DNA from: the human T2T-CHM13v2.0 reference genome, Homo sapiens
DNA length: 64,000 nucleotides
Direction: 5' to 3' (one strand)
NCBI RefSeq assembly: GCF_009914755.1
Contig: NC_060942.1
The translations under genes were made by a program, and so were the position numbers. The notes beneath the pieces are model-generated. The model was not told the origin of the DNA, made no database searches, and was given only the letters and a program-made list of their open reading frames with translations. Below are positions 56,601 to 64,000 of the stretch, piece by piece. Position 1 is the stretch's first letter. Each line of letters starts with the position of its first letter.

Positions 56601-59600
56601 CAAGTGGATATTTGGCTAGCTTTGGGGATTTCGCTGGAAGCGGGAATACATATAAAAAGCACACAGCAGCGTTCTGAGAAACTGCTTTCTGATGTTTGCA
56701 TTCAAGTCAAAAGTTGAACACTCCCTTTCATAGGGCAGTCCTGAAACACCCCTTTTGTAGTATCTGGAACTGGACTTTTGGAGCGATTTCAGGGCTAAGG
56801 TGAAAAAGGAAATATCTTCCCATAAAAACTGGACAGAAGCATTCTCAGAAACTTGTTTATGCTGTATCTACTCAACTAACAAAGTTGAACCTTTCTTTTG
56901 ATAGAGCAGTTTTGAAATGGTCTTTTTGTGGAATCTGCAAGTGGATATTTGGCTAGTTTTGAGGATTTCGTTGGAAGCGGGAATTCATACAAATTGCAGA
57001 CTGCAGCGTTCTGAGAAACATCTTTGTGATGTTTGTATTCAGGACACAGAGTTGAACATTCCCTATCATAGAGCAGGTTGGAATCACTCCTTTTGTAGTA
57101 TCTGGAAGTGGACATTTGGAGCGCTTTCAGGCCTATTTTGGAAAGGGAAATATCTTCCCGTAACAACTATGCAGAAGCATTCTCAGAAACTTGTTTGTGA
57201 TGTGTGCCCTCTACTGACAGAGTTGAACCTTTCTTTTCATAGAGCAGTTTTGAAACACTCTTTTTGTAGAATCTGCAAGAGGATATTTGCATAGCTTTGA
57301 GGATTTCGTGGGAAACGGGATTGTCTTCAGGTAAAATCTAGACAGAAGCATTCTCAGAAACTTCTTTGGGATGTTTGCATTCAAGTCACAGAGTAGAACA
57401 TTCCCTTTGGTAGAGCAGGTTTGAAACACTCTTTTTGTAGTATCTGGAAGTGGACATTTGGAGCGCTTTCAGGCCCATGTTGGAAAGGGAAATATCTTCC
57501 CGTAACAACTAGGCAGAAGCATTCTCAGAAACTTATTTGAGATGTGTGTACTCAACTAAGAGAATTGAACCACCGTTTTGAAGGAGCAGTTTTGAAACAC
57601 TCTTTTTCTGGAATCTGCAAGAGGATATTTGCCTAGCCTTGAGGATTTCGTTGGAAACGGGATTGTCTTCAGAGAAAATCTAGACAGAAGCATTCTCAGA
57701 AACTTCTTTGGGATGCTTGCATTCAAGTCACAGAGTAGAACATTCCCTTTGGTAGAGCAGGTTTGAAACACTCTTTTTGTAGTATCTGGAAGTGGACATT
57801 TGGAGCGCTTTCAGGCCTACGTTGGAAAAGGAAATATCTTCCCATAACAACTAGACAGAAGCATTCTCAGAAACTAGTTTCTGATGTGTGTCCTCAACTA
57901 ACACAGTTGAACATTTCTTTAGACAGAACAGTTTTGAAACACTCTTTTTGTGGAATCTGCAAGTGGCTATTTGGCTAGATTTGAGGATTTCGTTGGAAAC
58001 GGGATTACATATAAAAAGCAGTCAGCGGCATTCTCAGAAAGTTCTTTGTGATGATTGCATTCAAGTCACAGAATTGAACATTCCCTTTCACAGAGCAGGT
58101 TTGAAACACTCTTTTTGTAGTGTGTGTAAGTGGACATTTGGAGCACTTACCGGCCTAAGGTGAAAAAGGAAATAATCTTCCCATAAAAACTAGACAGAAG
58201 CATTCTCAGAAACTTACTCGTGATGTGTGTCCTCAACTAAAGGAGTAGAACCTTTCTTTTCATAGAGAAGTTTTGAAACGCTCTTTTTGTGGAATCTGCA
58301 AGTGGATATTTGGCTAGTTTTGAGGATTTCGTTGGAAGCGGGAATTCATACAAATTGCAGACTGCAGCGTTCTGAGAAACATCTTTGTGATGTTTGTATT
58401 CAGGACACAGAGTTGAACATTCCCTATCATAGAGCAGGTTTGAATCACTCCTTTTGTAGTATCTGGAAGTGGACATTTGGAGCGCTTTCAGGCCTATGTT
58501 GGAAAAGGAAATATCTTCCCATAACAACTAGACAGAAGCATTCTCAGAAACTTATTTGAGATGTGTGTACTCAACTAAGAGAATTGAACCACCGTTTTGA
58601 AGGAGCAGTTTTGAAACTCTCTTTTTCTGGAATCTGCAAGTGGATATTTGGCTAGCTTTGGGGATTTCGCTGGAAGCGGGAATACATATAAAAAGCACAC
58701 AGCAGCGTTCTGAGAAACTGCTTTCTGATGTTTGCATTCAAGTCAAAAGTTGAACACTCCCTTTCATAGAGCAGTCCTGAAACACCCCTTTTGTAGTATC
58801 TGGAACTGGACTTTTGGAGCGATTTCAGGGCTAAGGTGAAAAAGGAAATATCTTCCCATAAAAACTGGACAGAAGCATTCTCAGAAACTTGTTTATGCTG
58901 TATCTACTCAACTAACAAAGTTGAACCTTTCTTTTGATAGAGCAGTTTTGAAATGGTCTTTTTGTGGAATCTGCAAGTGGATATTTGGCTAGTTTTGAGG
59001 ATTTCGTTGGAAGCGGGAATTCATACAAATTGCAGACTGCAGCGTTCTGAGAAACATCTTTGTGATGTTTGTATTCAGGACACAGAGTTGAACATTCCCT
59101 ATCATAGAGCAGGTTGGAATCACTCCTTTTGTAGTATCTGGAAGTGGACATTTGGAGCGCTTTCAGGCCTATTTTGGAAAGGGAAATATCTTCCCGTAAC
59201 AACTATGCAGAAGCATTCTCAGAAACTTGTTTGTGATGTGTGCCCTCTACTGACAGAGTTGAACCTTTCTTTTCATAGAGCAGTTTTGAAACACTCTTTT
59301 TGTAGAATCTGCAAGAGGATATTTGCATAGCTTTGAGGATTTCGTGGGAAACGGGATTGTCTTCAGGTAAAATCTAGACAGAAGCATTCTCAGAAACTTC
59401 TTTGGGATGTTTGCATTCAAGTCACAGAGTAGAACATTCCCTTTGGTAGAGCAGGTTTGAAACACTCTTTTTGTAGTATCTGGAAGTGGACATTTGGAGC
59501 GCTTTCAGGCCCATGTTGGAAAGGGAAATATCTTCCCGTAACAACTAGGCAGAAGCATTCTCAGAAACTTATTTGAGATGTGTGTACTCAACTAAGAGAA

Positions 59601-62600
59601 TTGAACCACCGTTTTGAAGGAGCAGTTTTGAAACACTCTTTTTCTGGAATCTGCAAGAGTATATTTGCCTAGCCTTGAGGATTTCGTTGGAAACGGGATT
59701 GTCTTCAGAGAAAATCTAGACAGAAGCATTCTCAGAAACTTCTTTGGGATGCTTGCATTCAAGTCACAGAGTAGAACATTCCCTTTGGTAGAGCAGGTTT
59801 GAAACACTCTTTTTGTAGTATCTGGAAGTGGACATTTGGAGCGCTTTCAGGCCTACGTTGGAAAAGGAAATATCTTCCCATAACAACTAGACAGAAGCAT
59901 TCTCAGAAACTAGTTTCTGATGTGTGTCCTCAACTAACACAGTTGAACATTTCTTTAGACAGAACAGTTTTGAAACACTCTTTTTGTGGAATCTGCAAGT
60001 GGCTATTTGGCTAGATTTGAGGATTTCGTTGGAAACGGGATTACATATAAAAAGCAGTCAGCAGCATTCTCAGAAAGTTCTTTGTGATGATTGCATTCAA
60101 GTCACAGAATTGAACATTCCCTTTCACAGAGCAGGTTTGAAACACTCTTTTTGTAGTGTGTGTAAGTGGACATTTGGAGCACTTACCGGCCTAAGGTGAA
60201 AAAGGAAATAATCTTCCCATAAAAACTAGACAGAAGCATTCTCAGAAACTTACTCGTGATGTGTGTCCTCAACTAAAGGAGTAGAACCTTTCTTTTCATA
60301 GAGAAGTTTTGAAACGCTCTTTTTGTGGAATCTGCAAGTGGATATTTGGCTAGTTTTGAGGATTTCGTTGGAAGCGGGAATTCATACAAATTGCAGACTG
60401 CAGCGTTCTGAGAAACATCTTTGTGATGTTTGTATTCAGGACACAGAGTTGAACATTCCCTATCATAGAGCAGGTTTGAATCACTCCTTTTGTAGTATCT
60501 GGAAGTGGACATTTGGAGCGCTTTCAGGCCTATGTTGGAAAAGGAAATATCTTCCCATAACAACTAGACAGAAGCATTCTCAGAAACTTATTTGAGATGT
60601 GTGTACTCAACTAAGAGAATTGAACCACCGTTTTGAAGGAGCAGTTTTGAAACTCTCTTTTTCTGGAATCTGCAAGTGGATATTTGGCTAGCTTTGGGGA
60701 TTTCGCTGGAAGCGGGAATACATATAAAAAGCACACAGCAGCGTTCTGAGAAACTGCTTTCTGATGTTTGCATTCAAGTCAAAAGTTGAACACTCCCTTT
60801 CATAGAGCAGTCCTGAAACACCCCTTTTGTAGTATCTGGAACTGGACTTTTGGAGCGATTTCAGGGCTAAGGTGAAAAAGGAAATATCTTCCCATAAAAA
60901 CTGGACAGAAGCATTCTCAGAAACTTGTTTATGCTGTATCTACTCAACTAACAAAGTTGAACCTTTCTTTTGATAGAGCAGTTTTGAAATGGTCTTTTTG
61001 TGGAATCTGCAAGTGGATATTTGGCTAGTTTTGAGGATTTCGTTGGAAGCGGGAATTCATACAAATTGCAGACTGCAGCGTTCTGAGAAACATCTTTGTG
61101 ATGTTTGTATTCAGGACACAGAGTTGAACATTCCCTATCATAGAGCAGGTTGGAATCACTCCTTTTGTAGTATCTGGAAGTGGACATTTGGAGCGCTTTC
61201 AGGCCTATTTTGGAAAGGGAAATATCTTCCCGTAACAACTATGCAGAAGCATTCTCAGAAACTTGTTTGTGATGTGTGCCCTCTACTGACAGAGTTGAAC
61301 CTTTCTTTTCATAGAGCAGTTTTGAAACACTCTTTTTGTAGAATCTGCAAGAGGATATTTGCATAGCTTTGAGGATTTCGTGGGAAACGGGATTGTCTTC
61401 AGGTAAAATCTAGACAGAAGCATTCTCAGAAACTTCTTTGGGATGTTTGCATTCAAGTCACAGAGTAGAACATTCCCTTTGGTAGAGCAGGTTTGAAACA
61501 CTCTTTTTGTAGTATCTGGAAGTGGACATTTGGAGCGCTTTCAGGCCCATGTTGGAAAGGGAAATATCTTCCCGTAACAACTAGGCAGAAGCATTCTCAG
61601 AAACTTATTTGAGATGTGTGTACTCAACTAAGAGAATTGAACCACCGTTTTGAAGGAGCAGTTTTGAAACACTCTTTTTCTGGAATCTGCAAGAGTATAT
61701 TTGCCTAGCCTTGAGGATTTCGTTGGAAACGGGATTGTCTTCAGAGAAAATCTAGACAGAAGCATTCTCAGAAACTTCTTTGGGATGCTTGCATTCAAGT
61801 CACAGAGTAGAACATTCCCTTTGGTAGAGCAGGTTTGAAACACTCTTTTTTTAGTATCTGGAAGTGGACATTTGGAGCGCTTTCAGGCCTACGTTGGAAA
61901 AGGAAATATCTTCCCATAACAACTAGACAGAAGCATTCTCAGAAACTAGTTTCTGATGTGTGTCCTCAACTAACACAGTTGAACATTTCTTTAGACAGAA
62001 CAGTTTTGAAACACTCTTTTTGTGGAATCTGCAAGTGGCTATTTGGCTAGATTTGAGGATTTCGTTGGAAACGGGATTACATATAAAAAGCAGTCAGCAG
62101 CATTCTCAGAAAGTTCTTTGTGATGATTGCATTCAAGTCACAGAATTGAACATTCCCTTTCACAGAGCAGGTTTGAAACACTCTTTTTGTAGTGTGTGTA
62201 AGTGGACATTTGGAGCACTTACCGGCCTAAGGTGAAAAAGGAAATAATCTTCCCATAAAAACTAGACAGAAGCATTCTCAGAAACTTACTCGTGATGTGT
62301 GTCCTCAACTAAAGGAGTAGAACCTTTCTTTTCATAGAGAAGTTTTGAAACGCTCTTTTTGTGGAATCTGCAAGTGGATATTTGGCTAGTTTTGAGGATT
62401 TCGTTGGAAGCGGGAATTCATACAAATTGCAGACTGCAGCGTTCTGAGAAACAACTTTGTGATGTTTGTATTCAGGACACAGAGTTGAACATTCCCTATC
62501 ATAGAGCAGGTTTGAATCACTCCTTTTGTAGTATCTGGAAGTGGACATTTGGAGCGCTTTCAGGCCTATGTTGGAAAAGGAAATATCTTCCCATAACAAC

Positions 62601-64000
62601 TAGACAGAAGCATTCTCAGAAACTTATTTGAGATGTGTGTACTCAACTAAGAGAATTGAACCACCGTTTTGAAGGAGCAGTTTTGAAACTCTCTTTTTCT
62701 GGAATCTGCAAGTGGATATTTGGCTAGCTTTGGGGATTTCGCTGGAAGCGGGAATACATATAAAAAGCACACAGCAGCGTTCTGAGAAACTGCTTTCTGA
62801 TGTTTGCATTCAAGTCAAAAGTTGAACACTCCCTTTCATAGAGCAGTCCTGAAACACCCCTTTTGTAGTATCTGGAACTGGACTTTTGGAGCGATTTCAG
62901 GGCTAAGGTGAAAAAGGAAATATCTTCCCATAAAAACTGGACAGAAGCATTCTCAGAAACTTGTTTATGCTGTATCTACTCAACTAACAAAGTTGAACCT
63001 TTCTTTTGATAGAGCAGTTTTGAAATGGTCTTTTTGTGGAATCTGCAAGTGGATATTTGGCTAGTTTTGAGGATTTCGTTGGAAGCGGGAATTCATACAA
63101 ATTGCAGACTGCAGCGTTCTGAGAAACATCTTTGTGATGTTTGTATTCAGGACACAGAGTTGAACATTCCCTATCATAGAGCAGGTTGGAATCACTCCTT
63201 TTGTAGTATCTGGAAGTGGACATTTGGAGCGCTTTCAGGCCTATTTTGGAAAGGGAAATATCTTCCCGTAACAACTATGCAGAAGCATTCTCAGAAACTT
63301 GTTTGTGATGTGTGCCCTCTACTGACAGAGTTGAACCTTTCTTTTCATAGAGCAGTTTTGAAACACTCTTTTTGTAGAATCTGCAAGAGGATATTTGCAT
63401 AGCTTTGAGGATTTCGTGGGAAACGGGATTGTCTTCAGGTAAAATCTAGACAGAAGCATTCTCAGAAACTTCTTTGGGATGTTTGCATTCAAGTCACAGA
63501 GTAGAACATTCCCTTTGGTAGAGCAGGTTTGAAACACTCTTTTTGTAGTATCTGGAAGTGGACATTTGGAGCGCTTTCAGGCCCATGTTGGAAAGGGAAA
63601 TATCTTCCCGTAACAACTAGGCAGAAGCATTCTCAGAAACTTATTTGAGATGTGTGTACTCAACTAAGAGAATTGAACCACCGTTTTGAAGGAGCAGTTT
63701 TGAAACACTCTTTTTCTGGAATCTGCAAGAGTATATTTGCCTAGCCTTGAGGATTTCGTTGGAAACGGGATTGTCTTCAGAGAAAATCTAGACAGAAGCA
63801 TTCTCAGAAACTTCTTTGGGATGCTTGCATTCAAGTCACAGAGTAGAACATTCCCTTTGGTAGAGCAGGTTTGAAACACTCTTTTTGTAGTATCTGGAAG
63901 TGGACATTTGGAGCGCTTTCAGGCCTACGTTGGAAAAGGAAATATCTTCCCATAACAACTAGACAGAAGCATTCTCAGAAACTAGTTTCTGATGTGTGTC

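Larger units (their letters stand above)
1..64000 (+). repeat. Centromeric alpha-satellite HOR array, about 31.4 tandem copies of a 2036-bp 12-mer
   Basis: Alphoid motifs (CATTCTCAGAAAC, GAGTTGAAC, TTTGAAACACTCTTTTTGT, TTCGTTGGAAACGGGA) recur every ~170 bp. The ORF track repeats at exactly 2036 bp (204, 2240, 4276 ...) with a single 1-bp shift after ~37815. The array runs off both ends of the window. Confidence 0.99.
1..64000 (+). repeat. D18Z1: Probable human chromosome 18 active array D18Z1 (S2C18H1L), suprachromosomal family 2
   Basis: Seen: a 12-mer with strict A/B dimer alternation, EcoRI sites at 1335 and 2010 giving 675 and 1361 bp fragments, and SF2-like short B-monomer tails (GGGATTACATATAAAAAGCAG). 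Recalled and not searched: D18Z1 is an SF2 12-mer with ~0.68 and ~1.36 kb EcoRI fragments. Confidence 0.85.

Noticed and set aside
45-63879. Hundreds of 61-125 aa ORFs repeated every 2036 bp, some Cys/His-rich
   Set aside because: They are chance translations of alpha satellite that overlap on both strands. Many begin at non-ATG codons (for example TTG at 45), and they show no recognisable domain or real zinc-finger spacing. Their identity between copies just reflects the DNA repeat.
1-64000. CRISPR-like array (recurring CAGAAGCATTCTCAGAAAC with intervening sequence)
   Set aside because: The intervening ~150 bp segments are homologous to each other and recur exactly each HOR. There are no unique spacers and no cas genes.
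1-64000. Embedded L1/Alu insertion, inversion or foreign sequence
   Set aside because: The period is unbroken apart from one 1-bp deletion, leaving no room for an insertion, and the orientation is constant.

Overview
The whole 64 kb is one uninterrupted, single-orientation primate (almost certainly human) centromeric alpha-satellite higher-order repeat (HOR) array. It holds 31 complete copies plus about 885 bp of a 2036-bp, 12-monomer unit; copy 19 is 2035 bp. Monomers of 167-172 bp alternate strictly between A-type (no CENP-B box) and B-type (intact CENP-B box). This dimeric layout and the 675/1361-bp EcoRI pattern fit the suprachromosomal family 2 array D18Z1 of chromosome 18, an assignment made from memory and not from a search. 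There are no credible genes, RNA genes, transposons or CRISPR arrays, and I found no new gene-encoded system. The informative structure is (i) a mosaic of near-identical internal duplications within the HOR, (ii) an 18-bp perfect palindrome once per HOR, and (iii) 12 variant sites found by eye and from the ORF track. Their distribution across copies shows a near-invariant block, a sharp haplotype switch, and a reshuffled zone that simple tandem duplication cannot explain. The variant list may be incomplete. 'Offset' below means position in copy 1. Copy n starts at 1+2036(n-1), minus 1 from copy 20 onward.
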